DNA from: a virus | Length of the DNA: 64,000 nt | Virus record (IMG/VR): IMGVR_UViG_3300005613_000028 | Location: 1 to 64,000 of that record | Direction: 5' to 3' (one strand) | Shown: positions 28,481 through 38,061 of the stretch, piece after piece | Numbering within the stretch: position 1 is the stretch's first letter | Layout of the letters: each line of letters starts with the position of its first letter | Translations under genes and position numbers: made by a program | The notes under the pieces: generated by a model | Told to the model about the DNA's origin: nothing | The model's database searches: none | What the model saw: only the letters and a program-made list of their open reading frames with translations

Positions 28481-28985
28481 TGGGTTTTCTTATTGCCCAA
28501 TCTCCAACCTTTTCATTTTTATTTAACTCTGAAAATTCATAAACGAGATTTCTTTTTTTACAAAATAATTCTACTCCAGCTTTTACTCTTGTTGGTTTTT
28601 TAGAAGTATAATCATGACCAGCTAATATACCACCTTTGTTAATCAAAGGCCACCACCAACCCATTTCCTTATATAAATATCCTGCAGAATGAATATTATC
28701 TAAATAAACATAATCAAACTTTAAATTCAAAATCTGAGTAGCTAGTTGACTTTCCATTTTCAATATATATACATTTTTTAAATCCATAACTTGACATGTC
28801 GTTTTTAAATTATCAAAAGCATTTTTATTATATTTTAAGTCCCAGGAATCAATTAGATATAACTGTTTTATAGTCAAATTTTTATAAAGTTCTTTAGAAT
28901 AATTACCACACATAACACCTACTTCAGCCACAGTTACTTTTTTATTTTTGAACTTTTCTTTTGCTAGTTGCAATGAATATCTCAT
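28467..28985 (-). CDS. class I SAM-dependent methyltransferase (Methyltransf_24-like)
   Basis: 'VAEVGVMCGNYS' (motif I), 'LYLIDSW', 'YVYLDNIHS' and 'GGILAGHDY'. Confidence 0.65.
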   Translation of the reverse strand: MRYSLQLAKEKFKNKKVTVAEVGVMCGNYSKELYKNLTIKQLYLIDSWDLKYNKNAFDNLKTTCQVMDLKNVYILKMESQLATQILNLKFDYVYLDNIHSAGYLYKEMGWWWPLINKGGILAGHDYTSKKPTRVKAGVELFCKKRNLVYEFSELNKNEKVGDWAIRKPIDTS

Positions 28986-28988
28986 AGT

Positions 28989-29651
28989 TTACTCCATTAT
29001 AATTGCTTTAGAGGTTGGTTTAGTTAAAATCTTTTTTGGGGTTATAGTAGAAATAAATTTATAATTATCATTCAAAGCCCTTTTTGTAAAAATAACATGA
29101 ATGGGAGTATCAACCATTTCTGCCAATGCTGTAGCCCATCCTTGTTGAGCTACTACTAATTTACATGAAGAAAACATTTTTACTAAATCCAAAAAAGGAT
29201 ATTTTTGTTTTAAATAAATCACATCAGAATATTTAGCAGTATAATCAGAAAATTCCTTGAATTTTGGAATTAAAGGAAAAGTTCCTTTTGCCCCATTCAT
29301 AGCATTATAAGGGGGTATAACAATCACTGTATTAAGCAAGGTTAAGTCAAGAAGACTTAGATATTTTAAAGAGCTTGTAAAAGGAAAATAAGGTAATTTA
29401 GCTCTATTTAACATATCTTCCCATTGTGTTGTGGTAAATAATCCTTTCCCTGATAAATATTGGCAATAATAGCTTACATTATTATACATTTTAGAATGTA
29501 AATCAGCAGTTTGAACAGGCAAATCTTTATATACTTCTGGATACTTTGTCAAAATCATGTAATCATTTGGGCGATTGGCCAATAACCATTCGACTATAAC
29601 TCTTAAATAAATAGCATCGCCAAAACCAGAAGCCCCTTTAACTATCTTCAT
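28989..29651 (-). CDS. glycosyltransferase-like protein (short GT9/heptosyltransferase-like)
   Basis: 'GASGFGDAIYLRVIVEWL' and C-terminal 'LVVAQQGWATALAEMVDTPIHVIF' resemble the N- and C-terminal GT9 motifs. At 220 aa it is shorter than typical GT9 enzymes. Confidence 0.4.
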   Translation of the reverse strand: MKIVKGASGFGDAIYLRVIVEWLLANRPNDYMILTKYPEVYKDLPVQTADLHSKMYNNVSYYCQYLSGKGLFTTTQWEDMLNRAKLPYFPFTSSLKYLSLLDLTLLNTVIVIPPYNAMNGAKGTFPLIPKFKEFSDYTAKYSDVIYLKQKYPFLDLVKMFSSCKLVVAQQGWATALAEMVDTPIHVIFTKRALNDNYKFISTITPKKILTKPTSKAIIME

Positions 29652-30327
29652 TTTCTTGAACCTTTTTAAATGCTTGGATTAAAAATTCATTCATTGATTG
29701 ATGTTTCATTTTATTAACTTCATAACCTTGTTTTCTTAAAAATTTAGCCATATATTCATTATACTCATGCGTTTCTAAAATATTAGTACATATATATAAT
29801 CTTTGGCTTTTTCTAATTGGAAGTTCTCTTAAAATTTGAAAATAATTAGAAATAATCCCTCTCCAAACATCAAAAGGTTTTTTATTAATATGTAAATCTA
29901 TTTGAGTATCATTTTTTAAAGAGATAATAGACTTATCATTAGAAATTGTAAAAATTTGATATTTGCATTGGATCATATTTTGAAATAAACCTTTAACTTT
30001 TGAATTATTTAAATGCTCCATTACATCAAAACTTGTAGCAACAGTATATCGCCTTAAATCTTTTTTTAATGTAATATCTCCTTGTTTACAAAATTTATTT
30101 TTAGGTTTAATCCAATCTATTCCATAAGCTTCAAATTTCTTTTTTCTAAAAAATTTAACAGTTTCCCCTGTCCCTGAACCTAAATCAATTATTTTTCCTT
30201 TTAAATAATCTTTGTAATGTGGATATAAACGAATACCAGGGCAATGAGAATACTTGGCTCTACCATAATCTTTTATTTCATCATAAACTTTTTCATATAA
30301 ATCGGCATTAATATCTACTTTATCCAC
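29638..30327 (-). CDS. class I SAM-dependent methyltransferase
   Basis: 'KIIDLGSGTGETVKFF' (motif I), 'AYGIDW' and 'SFDVMEHL'. Confidence 0.7.
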   Translation of the reverse strand: MDKVDINADLYEKVYDEIKDYGRAKYSHCPGIRLYPHYKDYLKGKIIDLGSGTGETVKFFRKKKFEAYGIDWIKPKNKFCKQGDITLKKDLRRYTVATSFDVMEHLNNSKVKGLFQNMIQCKYQIFTISNDKSIISLKNDTQIDLHINKKPFDVWRGIISNYFQILRELPIRKSQRLYICTNILETHEYNEYMAKFLRKQGYEVNKMKHQSMNEFLIQAFKKVQENEDS

Positions 30328-30920
30328 TTAATTGCCTTTCGTTGTTGTAAATAGGTAAGAATATTTTTTTCTTTATTTGGAGCATGTCCGCCTGAACCAT
30401 CCCATCTTTCATTAAGATTATGCACCCCAGAATCAAAACAATCAAAACCAATGATTGTAATTGGATTTTCAAATTTAAGGAAAAATAAGATGGAGGATAA
30501 TCCAACTGTAGGCATAAACCCACCTAATATCTCTATTTGCTCTAAAAGCTCTTCTTTTGTTAAACTAATTAATGGACAAAACCACCAATCTTTTCTTAAT
30601 TTATAAATCCATCTATAATCTTTATCTTGAATTTCACAATTTTTTAATAATTCAGTCATATCCGCATTAGGGCATTTATTAATTAGAAATTTAACTCCTT
30701 CTTCTATCAATTCTTCTTTACTCTTTTTTATATTTCTTCCAAAATAAGAAAAAAAGATGTCAGTTCTATCACTGTTCACCTTTTTATAATTATTAACTCT
30801 AACTATTATATCAAAAGAATCATACCATTCTTGATTCTTATTAATTGCAGAAGGAGCCCCTCCTACTATAAGAAGTTTTTTATTCTTAATAAAATCTATT
30901 AATTTATCTCTATTTCCCAT
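30315..30920 (-). CDS. glycosyltransferase-like protein (CstII/GT42-like or DUF115/Maf-like)
   Basis: 'KKLLIVGGAPSAINKNQEWYDSFDIIVRVNNY' parallels the N-terminus of CstII-type sialyltransferases (IIAGNGPSL..DVFRCNQFY). Confidence 0.45.
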   Translation of the reverse strand: MGNRDKLIDFIKNKKLLIVGGAPSAINKNQEWYDSFDIIVRVNNYKKVNSDRTDIFFSYFGRNIKKSKEELIEEGVKFLINKCPNADMTELLKNCEIQDKDYRWIYKLRKDWWFCPLISLTKEELLEQIEILGGFMPTVGLSSILFFLKFENPITIIGFDCFDSGVHNLNERWDGSGGHAPNKEKNILTYLQQRKAIKWIK

Positions 30921-31017
30921 TTAATTTCCTATGAAATTTAGTGTCACACCATTGACACTTTCCTTTTCTTTTCCACTTCTTATTAGGCATTTTTCTTTTA
31001 CAATATTTACATTTCAT
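30910..31017 (-). CDS. 35-aa Zn-ribbon micro-protein (not in ORF track)
   Basis: MKCKYCKRKMPNKKWKRKGKCQWCDTKFHRKLNGK. ATGA overlap with the upstream stop, and it overlaps the next start by 11 nt. Confidence 0.45.
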   Translation of the reverse strand: MKCKYCKRKMPNKKWKRKGKCQWCDTKFHRKLNGK

Positions 31018-31793
31018 ACAAATGGTTTCCTAAATTTTTCAATTAATTTTTCAATTTCTAAACTAGCTCGTTTTTGTAAAATATGTCTAGGTTCTTCTGC
31101 TAATATTTCAAAAAATTCATCATAAGTAATTTTTGGAAAAACTTCTATTTTAGATTTAGGAGACACATTAAAAATTTTAACATTTGGATTCACTTTTTTA
31201 AACTCATTATATAATTTAGCTGATGGTTTATTATAACAACCTGTATGATAGTTTCCTTTTTCATCTTTACCTATTCCACATTGCAACTTCCCAGAAGATT
31301 TTTTATATGTTCCAATTTTTTGTTTCCCTAAAATTTTCTTTTGGTAGAAATGAGTTTTACCATTAATCTCACAAAAATCCATTCCCAATAAATAAATTTC
31401 TTTAAAACCTAATGCTATACCTACAGTTAAAGCAAACATCCCTGTTAACACTCTGGAATAAAAACCTTTTTCCCAAGAATCTACACCATGATAATTTTTA
31501 CTTGTTTGAAGCATTGTTAAATTAGTACCTTTTTGACATTTATGGTGAGCTCCATTTCCAATCTTTCCATCAAACATTCCAATTACTAAATCATATTTAT
31601 CAAGTTCTTGTTTATTAGTTTTATAGAAACCCCAATCGCCATAAAACGGTACAACTGGCTTAAAGAAATAAATAATGGAATTGATGCCAAAAGTAACTTC
31701 ATTGGCTATTCGTTTCCAAAGAAATAAATCAATTCCTTCTTTCATAGAATTTCCAGCTCCCAAAATAATTAATCTGTTATTTTTTGGATTCAT
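31014..31793 (-). CDS. glycosyltransferase-like protein, paralogous in layout to 30315..30920
   Basis: 'NRLIILGAGNSMKEGI..VTFGINSIIYFF' has the same GxGxS / hydrophobic-N pattern. Confidence 0.4.
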   Translation of the reverse strand: MNPKNNRLIILGAGNSMKEGIDLFLWKRIANEVTFGINSIIYFFKPVVPFYGDWGFYKTNKQELDKYDLVIGMFDGKIGNGAHHKCQKGTNLTMLQTSKNYHGVDSWEKGFYSRVLTGMFALTVGIALGFKEIYLLGMDFCEINGKTHFYQKKILGKQKIGTYKKSSGKLQCGIGKDEKGNYHTGCYNKPSAKLYNEFKKVNPNVKIFNVSPKSKIEVFPKITYDEFFEILAEEPRHILQKRASLEIEKLIEKFRKPFV

Positions 31794-31795
31794 TT

Positions 31796-32131
31796 TTATT
31801 TTTCTTTCTTAGGGACTTCTGTTTTAACTTTAATAGGTTTTCGCTTTAATGCTTTTTTCTGAGATTCAATATATGTAAGCACTTGTTGAATCTTAACTTT
31901 ATAATACTGAACTATTTCTGGAGTAATTTTACCATTCTTACAAACCTCTTTTTCAAATCTTCGTCTTTGATGTCTATTCATTTTATTCTGTTTAGATAAT
32001 GCTATATCTTTAAGAATAAATTCAATAAACATTTGCCCTTCTTTTACTAATTTGTAAAACTCTTCATACTTTTTTAATTCTAGTTTCTTTGCTTTCTTAG
32101 CTTTTCTGTTTGCTAAATACTTTTTAATCAT
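31796..32131 (-). CDS. basic coiled-coil protein (111 aa)
   Basis: K/R-rich ORF with AGGAGG SD. Confidence 0.5.
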   Translation of the reverse strand: MIKKYLANRKAKKAKKLELKKYEEFYKLVKEGQMFIEFILKDIALSKQNKMNRHQRRRFEKEVCKNGKITPEIVQYYKVKIQQVLTYIESQKKALKRKPIKVKTEVPKKEK

Positions 32132-32145
32132 CCTTTTCCTCCTTT

Positions 32146-32367
32146 TTAAATTGCAAATTTATCTTCTTTATTAAACCACCTTCTAATTAAATAAATTCTA
32201 GTTAAAGAAATTAAAGTATAAATAACACCTAGAATTAAATTATCTGTTAAAGTAAAATTTTTGACAAAGAATGGTAAAATCAAAGCGTTAGCAGTAATAC
32301 GAATAATATATCCTACACTAATGTTAATAAATGCTTCATAAAAGCTCCTGCTTCTACTTTGTACCAT
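32146..32367 (-). CDS. 2-TM small membrane protein (73 aa)
   Basis: Two hydrophobic helices. Confidence 0.5.
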   Translation of the reverse strand: MVQSRSRSFYEAFINISVGYIIRITANALILPFFVKNFTLTDNLILGVIYTLISLTRIYLIRRWFNKEDKFAI

Positions 32368-32368
32368 T

Positions 32369-33850
32369 TTAACCCTCTTTTATTGTTGAAACGTCATTCT
32401 CTTTTATAATGTCAATTTTATGAGCTAAACTTTCCTCTATATTTGGATTATGAGAGATGCACAAAAGTTGGACTGGCAAATTAGAAACAACTTCTAAAAT
32501 TCTATTGAGATTCTCACTTGAAAGTGAATTGAAGCTCTCATCTGAAATTATTAATCCACTCTCTTGTCTTTCCATTAATAATGCTATCTTAAATACTGTA
32601 GATATAAATATTTTTTCCCCTTGTGACAACATATCATAGGTGTATGTTTTTTCATTTCTCGTAACGGATACTTCTATATTTCCTTTTTCATCTGGTTGAA
32701 ATTGCATTTCCATATTTAATTGATTTATATAAGAATTAACAATAGGTTCAATAATTTTAACCCATTCTACTACATAATAATTACTGAAAGAATCTATAAC
32801 CTCAATAGCTTTCTTTGCAATTTCAATATCAGAATCTGAATAAACATAATCTTTTTGAGCTAATCTAGTTTGAAGTTTAGATTTAAGATTGTTTAACTTT
32901 TGTTTTCTATTATAAACTTCGGTTCTCTTCTTTTCTTCTTGGCCAATTATTTCATCATACATCTTTAAATCTGTAAGAAGAGAGTTGGTTTGTTTTGTAA
33001 GTTCTTGAATCTTTTGAGTTAAATCATCAAAAATAGGCTTCTTGTATTCATCTGTAACCTTCTGCAAACAAGTTGGGCAAGTGGCCATAGACTTAAATTT
33101 CTGCATTTGTTGATTTTTTATATAAGCATCTTGGCTCAATTTCCCTTTCTTTGTCAACAACTGATTCTTCTCTTTTTGAAAACTCTGAATCTTCTTCATA
33201 ATCTCATTCAACTTAGTTGTATCTAAATTCTTAATAGCGGATTCTAAAACTCGACTTCTTTTTTCACTAGGAGAGTGTTTATAAATAACTGAACTTTTAT
33301 TATATTTCTCAAATAAATTCTTTTTATCAAGTAATCTTTTTCTAATACCTTCAAATTTATCTTGGCAAAGACTCATTAAAGTTTTCCTTAATTGCCCTGA
33401 AGTAAAATCTAAAATATTAACCCCACTAGAATCATCTATAATCCTAAACTTCTTAAAATTTTCAGCCGAACCAATATACTCAAATAATTTCTCTTGATAA
33501 ACTTTAGAAGTAGAACATTCTAAATCTTTTCCATTAACTTTTACTTTTAAAGAACCAGAACCTTTTTTCTTTAATACTCTTTCTATATCTAAAATATCAT
33601 CTCCTACTTCTATAGTACCTTTAATAGTAGCAGACTTCTCCCCATCTCTTACAAGTTTAGTGAGATTGATATTAGTTAATTTTGCCCCTCCAATTAAAAT
33701 GAGTACAGACAAAACCAAACTACTTTTTCCTGTACCATTTCCATCATTAGTATCTTTATTCCAGCCAGTGATTAGGTTAGACTTTTGGAAAATAACTTCA
33801 ATGTCTTCGAAACTTCGCAAATTTTTAATTTGAATATTATTTATCTTCAT
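32369..33850 (-). CDS. SbcC/Rad50-like (T4 gp46-like) recombination ATPase
   Basis: 'NLRSFEDIEV', Walker A 'GNGTGKSS', central coiled coil with Zn hook 'CPTC', signature 'LSQGEK', Walker B 'LIISDESF'. Confidence 0.8.
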   Translation of the reverse strand: MKINNIQIKNLRSFEDIEVIFQKSNLITGWNKDTNDGNGTGKSSLVLSVLILIGGAKLTNINLTKLVRDGEKSATIKGTIEVGDDILDIERVLKKKGSGSLKVKVNGKDLECSTSKVYQEKLFEYIGSAENFKKFRIIDDSSGVNILDFTSGQLRKTLMSLCQDKFEGIRKRLLDKKNLFEKYNKSSVIYKHSPSEKRSRVLESAIKNLDTTKLNEIMKKIQSFQKEKNQLLTKKGKLSQDAYIKNQQMQKFKSMATCPTCLQKVTDEYKKPIFDDLTQKIQELTKQTNSLLTDLKMYDEIIGQEEKKRTEVYNRKQKLNNLKSKLQTRLAQKDYVYSDSDIEIAKKAIEVIDSFSNYYVVEWVKIIEPIVNSYINQLNMEMQFQPDEKGNIEVSVTRNEKTYTYDMLSQGEKIFISTVFKIALLMERQESGLIISDESFNSLSSENLNRILEVVSNLPVQLLCISHNPNIEESLAHKIDIIKENDVSTIKEG

Positions 33851-33983
33851 CTTCTTCCTTTAATTGCTTTTTAATTTGTTTAATACATTCCATAAACCCT
33901 ATTACATAATCCATTTGACTATCACTATTTAACATAGTCCATGTAGTTGTAAAACATCTTAATTTCTCTAAATTAATCTTCAT
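33837..33983 (-). CDS. 48-aa hypothetical protein (not in ORF track)
   Basis: MKINLEKLRCFTTTWTMLNSDSQMDYVIGFMECIKQIKKQLKEEDEDK. Overlaps both neighbouring genes. Confidence 0.4.
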   Translation of the reverse strand: MKINLEKLRCFTTTWTMLNSDSQMDYVIGFMECIKQIKKQLKEEDEDK

Positions 33984-34200
33984 TTTTCTCTATTTCTATT
34001 CTTAAATTATTTATATTATGTTTAGAATTAAAAACACCTAATACTTCTTTAATGTCAAAAAATAACATTTGTAATGTAGTCAAACTATTTCTCAGATTAT
34101 AAGTATCATAAATATCTGTTTGCCTTTCTTCATAAACTCTTTTACCTTCTTCTGTTTCTAAAGTATAACCATTTTGAGTTTTTTCAATTGTTATTTTCAT
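33973..34200 (-). CDS. hypothetical protein (75 aa)
   Basis: ATGA overlap with the RNA ligase gene. Confidence 0.5.
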   Translation of the reverse strand: MKITIEKTQNGYTLETEEGKRVYEERQTDIYDTYNLRNSLTTLQMLFFDIKEVLGVFNSKHNINNLRIEIEKNED

Positions 34201-34856
34201 TTTAATCCTTTTGGTTTAGAATCATTCTTTATAGTCTTCTTAAATAATTGTCCAGAAGCTTTATGAAAAATCACAATTCCCTCGGCTGGTTTAAATCCTT
34301 CTACAGCATAGCTCCCATGTACTTCTAACTCTTTTAAAACCTCTTCAATTCTCTTAGTATCAAATAATCCTTCATAGAGAACAGGAACAACATAACAACA
34401 TTTAGGTCTAACTTCAGTGTTGCTCCATTTTTTTACATTAAAGAGATAAAATCTTTTATGGTTTAAACCATATTTAGCATTAATACCAGAACCCATCCAT
34501 TCTCCAAAATGTCTACCTTCTCCTAAGTTTAATAATTCTTCTGCATTTAGTTTAACCCATTTCGCAAACCCATGATTATCTCCTTTAGAAGAACAATCTA
34601 ACCATCTCTTCCTCGAACCTGCAAATACATAAAGAATATCATTTTCATCAGTCATAGCTAAAGTTTTATATAAACAATATTTATCAACAAACTCTTCCAT
34701 CTCTTCTTTTTGAGATTTATCACCTTCTCCATTAAAAGAAGCTAATAATTCTGAATATCTTATAATAATTACACTAGAATTACAGCCATGAATCTTCTCG
34801 GTAATAGTCATTTCTCTACTTAATCTTGGAATTTTATTGAACTTTTGAAAATCCAT
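34197..34856 (-). CDS. ATP-dependent RNA ligase-family nucleotidyltransferase (PF09414-like)
   Basis: Motif I 'TEKIHGCN' (KxxG lysine adenylylation site), 'FAGSRK' and 'EGIVIFH..FKKTIK' (motifs IV/V). Confidence 0.65.
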   Translation of the reverse strand: MDFQKFNKIPRLSREMTITEKIHGCNSSVIIIRYSELLASFNGEGDKSQKEEMEEFVDKYCLYKTLAMTDENDILYVFAGSRKRWLDCSSKGDNHGFAKWVKLNAEELLNLGEGRHFGEWMGSGINAKYGLNHKRFYLFNVKKWSNTEVRPKCCYVVPVLYEGLFDTKRIEEVLKELEVHGSYAVEGFKPAEGIVIFHKASGQLFKKTIKNDSKPKGLK

Positions 34857-34864
34857 AAATGCTC

Positions 34865-35086
34865 CTATAAATATTTTTCTTCCCTAACTCTTAAAGGTAG
34901 ATTGTTTAAAAATTTTTCTCTAATTCTCTTATCTTTTAATTCTTCCATACTTTTACTTTCGTCATCTGCTCTAACATGATAATAACCAGCAATACAGCCA
35001 CAAGCGAAAGAACAAAAATAATATTTATCTTCTAAGTTACAATGACAAGATAAACATTTTTTATCAGGATTCAGTGGTTTCATCAT
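34865..35086 (-). CDS. Cys-rich small protein (73 aa)
   Basis: 'CLSCHC..CSFACGC'. Confidence 0.45.
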   Translation of the reverse strand: MMKPLNPDKKCLSCHCNLEDKYYFCSFACGCIAGYYHVRADDESKSMEELKDKRIREKFLNNLPLRVREEKYL

Positions 35087-35375
35087 TTTTCCTTAAACTA
35101 TCTAAAAAATCAATAGTATCAACTTGAATACTATAATATTCTTTCTTATCTTTAGTATGATAATCTAATTTCCCATCTATTAAAACTTTACTAGCCTTTT
35201 GTAATACCTTTTGACATCTTTCAGCTAATTCTCTAAATGTCACTACATTAATAAAAGTAGTTTTCTTTTTTCCATGATTAATAGCTATTCTAAATCTACA
35301 TAATTGTCTTCCAGTTTTATCAATTTGAAAAGTAGGATTATCAATTAACCTTCCAGTTACAATTATCTTATTCAT
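35064..35375 (-). CDS. ssb: single-stranded DNA-binding protein (OB fold, no acidic tail)
   Basis: 'MNKIIVTGRLIDNPTFQ..GRQLCRFRIAIN..TTFINVVTFRELAE..KVLIDGKL' follows the bacterial SSB pattern. Confidence 0.75.
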   Translation of the reverse strand: MNKIIVTGRLIDNPTFQIDKTGRQLCRFRIAINHGKKKTTFINVVTFRELAERCQKVLQKASKVLIDGKLDYHTKDKKEYYSIQVDTIDFLDSLRKNDETTES

Positions 35376-36243
35376 CTAAACTCTCCTGTATTAAATTTTT
35401 AACCTCTTTATTTTTAACTGTTTCTTTCAAAAACTTATTAAATATATCACTAAAACTCTTCCCTTTCTTAACTACCTTCTTTTTCTCTACTTTTTGAGTA
35501 TAATCATGCTTGATCTTGAAAGTATGAAATTTCTTCTTTAATTCAGGAAGTTTATTAACATTCTTTAAATATTTCTCAAATGACTTAAAAACAAGCCTTA
35601 ATTTCGTTCTAGGAGGCATTTTAAGAGCTTTTGAGACAGAATCAACCTCAGCCATAGGGATAGCTGTTTGAACATCACAGAAGTCAACTGAGCCACTCTC
35701 AGGGGTTAATATGGCGTACTTTGGCACTCCTGCCTCTAATTCATTGAACGAAATGCGTCTAATTGAGCCCAAATGATAAACATTATCACAATATTTATGG
35801 AATTTGTGGAAATGACCGAATAAAGTTAAATCATACTTTTTTGATAATTCCTCAACTTTAAACCTTCCATCTCTACAAAATTCTTCGCCTTGGTCAAAAA
35901 AACAATGACCGATTCCCAATTTAAATTTACCTAACATAACTAAAGATTCACCTTGATGCAAGGTAACACCAATATGTTGAAGATACTGTAATGCATTAGT
36001 AGTCTTAGCTGATTCTTCATGATTACCCACTACGATGTCCACTTCGCCTTTTTTTAACATTTCTGTTATAAGCCAAGTAAAAAAATCAATTTCTTTAGAA
36101 GTTGGGGATTTTCTGTTAAAGCAATCACCAAGAAAAATTACTCTATCGAAATCTTTATTGAAATAAATTTCCTCAAAGATTTCTTTTATTTCAGGGATAG
36201 ATTTTTCTGTAATATGGAGGTCTCCGTAAACAGCGACTTTCAT
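35368..36243 (-). CDS. Mre11/SbcD-like (T4 gp47-like) nuclease, metallophosphoesterase
   Basis: 'VAVYGDLHIT', 'VIFLGDCFNR', 'VVGNHEE' and 'FGHFHKFH'. Lies close to the Rad50-like gene. Confidence 0.75.
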   Translation of the reverse strand: MKVAVYGDLHITEKSIPEIKEIFEEIYFNKDFDRVIFLGDCFNRKSPTSKEIDFFTWLITEMLKKGEVDIVVGNHEESAKTTNALQYLQHIGVTLHQGESLVMLGKFKLGIGHCFFDQGEEFCRDGRFKVEELSKKYDLTLFGHFHKFHKYCDNVYHLGSIRRISFNELEAGVPKYAILTPESGSVDFCDVQTAIPMAEVDSVSKALKMPPRTKLRLVFKSFEKYLKNVNKLPELKKKFHTFKIKHDYTQKVEKKKVVKKGKSFSDIFNKFLKETVKNKEVKNLIQESLDE

Positions 36244-36407
36244 TTTCTTTTTATCTCTTTCTTTTCAATTTTCATTAATTCTTTATTATTTTTTATCCAC
36301 AAACCTTTATGACAAGAACGACAGCCATAGAGTAATCTTTCATGTCTACCCTTAATAAGATATTTTTTACCACAAATGCAACATTGCCAATAAAATGTTT
36401 TAGCCAT
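36240..36407 (-). CDS. 55-aa Zn-ribbon protein (not in ORF track)
   Basis: MAKTFYWQCCICGKKYLIKGRHERLLYGCRSCHKGLW... with CxxC..CxxC. ATGA overlap with the Mre11-like start. Confidence 0.5.
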   Translation of the reverse strand: MAKTFYWQCCICGKKYLIKGRHERLLYGCRSCHKGLWIKNNKELMKIEKKEIKRK

Positions 36408-36651
36408 TTAAATGATCTCCAACAAATTTAAAGTCCACAAGTTGATATTTCTTGTCATTATATCTACTTTCAAATTCTTTTTGATGAAATTGAAATTGTT
36501 TCTTCAAATCTTCAACATCTAAGGTCATAATAAAATGCTGAAAATGAACTTTAATCCCTTGATTCTTTTCGATACATTTCTGCACTATATAATTTCTAAT
36601 AGATGCGTGATTTCGGTAAAGTTTCTTGACTGTAATTTTTTTATTTTGCAT
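36400..36651 (-). CDS. hypothetical protein (83 aa)
   Basis: ORF in the operon. Confidence 0.5.
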   Translation of the reverse strand: MQNKKITVKKLYRNHASIRNYIVQKCIEKNQGIKVHFQHFIMTLDVEDLKKQFQFHQKEFESRYNDKKYQLVDFKFVGDHLNG

Positions 36652-36823
36652 CTTCTAAATAAAAAACATCTTCCATGTTATTAGGAATATCTTCAAAATC
36701 AATAGCTTTACTTCCTAAAATAAAATTATATTTGCTCCAATTAGTTAGAGCTTGCCAAAATCGTTCTTCTTTATGATTTTCACAATATTTAATAAAACTA
36801 TTTAATTGTTTTTTACTTTTCAT
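36641..36823 (-). CDS. hypothetical protein (60 aa)
   Basis: ORF in the operon. Confidence 0.45.
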   Translation of the reverse strand: MKSKKQLNSFIKYCENHKEERFWQALTNWSKYNFILGSKAIDFEDIPNNMEDVFYLEDAK

Positions 36824-36825
36824 AT

Positions 36826-38061
36826 TTACACCACATTTGTTACAACTTTTTTCTTTTTAGCTTTCTTTAAACTTTTGGCATTATACGCCTCTAATTCTTT
36901 AATTATATCATAACCTTTAACATTGTCAGTAACTTGTAAATCAATTTTAATAGAATCTCTGGTTCCATTTGGGTAGAATACATGAACATTTTGACTTGCT
37001 CTAGATTCTAATTGTAACGCATTATCACTATAAGCATTTGCACCTACTAATGAAGAACCTCTGGAATAAACATCTCCAGTTCTACAAGAATGAAGATGCC
37101 CCGATAAAACAAAGTCAATTCTTATTTTTTGGGAAGTATATTTTCCTTTTATCTTTTGAATAGCCTGTTCCATCGAATTAGATTTGAGTTGATTTCCATG
37201 TATCAACAAAATATTTTGACCAGACACTTCAATGACTTTTTCTAATAAATTACCATCTAACATTCTAATATTTGAATTTCTAAAAAGTAATTTAAGAATA
37301 TTATAAATTGTATAATCATAATTATCAGAAGCCATCATTTCAGTCCAACCGACATCTTTAGTAATTCTACTTTCATTTCCTACAACATTTGCTACAGTTA
37401 CTTGATAATTTTTAGTAAAGTCTAAAATAAAATGTTCAAGGAGATTAACAGCTAAAAAAGTAGCTTTACTTCTATTTGTAGCTTCACTTAATAATTCATC
37501 TAACCGACGATCACTATTCATTAAATCACCTGTCATAGCTATTAAAACTTTTTTAATACCTAAAGAATTTAAATAAGTTTTAGCTCTTTCTGCAAATAAT
37601 TTTAATCTTTGCGAAGCTATAAGAAAATCATATTTATTATGGACTAAATTAACTAGCTCATTAAAATGAGCATCTGTTATATGTACGACTCCAGTAGCAC
37701 CGTTGTTATCAATTTTAATTTTTGTAGTCGCAAACTTTGGTAATTTATATTTAGAAAAAATATCAATTAAATTTTTATTATATTCAATTAAAGCATTTTC
37801 GGATTTAACCTTTTCTCGTAATTGCTTCCTACTAATTCTGGATAAATCTTTATATTTTTGATTAGCGGATACTAATTTTGAATTTTGTTTAGAAATCTCA
37901 AAATCTTCTTTATATTCAATTTTTCCTTGTAATCTCAATTTAGCTAAATGTGTATAAACAGTTCTTTCACCACAACCAAAAATCATAGAAATTTCAATTG
38001 CATTTTTTCCTTCATTATATAACTCAATCAAAAATTTATCATCTATTTTACTTTTTGACAT
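36826..38061 (-). CDS. HTH domain fused to a calcineurin-like metallophosphoesterase
   Basis: N-terminal 'AIEISMIFGCGERTVYTHLAKL' HTH. 'VVHITDAHFNE', 'MTGDLMNSDR', 'VVGNES', 'LLIHGNQ' and 'LSGHLHS'. Confidence 0.6.
   Translation of the reverse strand: MSKSKIDDKFLIELYNEGKNAIEISMIFGCGERTVYTHLAKLRLQGKIEYKEDFEISKQNSKLVSANQKYKDLSRISRKQLREKVKSENALIEYNKNLIDIFSKYKLPKFATTKIKIDNNGATGVVHITDAHFNELVNLVHNKYDFLIASQRLKLFAERAKTYLNSLGIKKVLIAMTGDLMNSDRRLDELLSEATNRSKATFLAVNLLEHFILDFTKNYQVTVANVVGNESRITKDVGWTEMMASDNYDYTIYNILKLLFRNSNIRMLDGNLLEKVIEVSGQNILLIHGNQLKSNSMEQAIQKIKGKYTSQKIRIDFVLSGHLHSCRTGDVYSRGSSLVGANAYSDNALQLESRASQNVHVFYPNGTRDSIKIDLQVTDNVKGYDIIKELEAYNAKSLKKAKKKKVVTNVV

Noticed and set aside
30931-31125. 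Track ORF 30931..31125 (+) in the glycosyltransferase island
   Set aside because: It lies opposite to all neighbouring genes. The same DNA is better explained on the - strand by the end of ORF 31014..31793 and the coupled 35-aa Zn-ribbon ORF 30910..31017.
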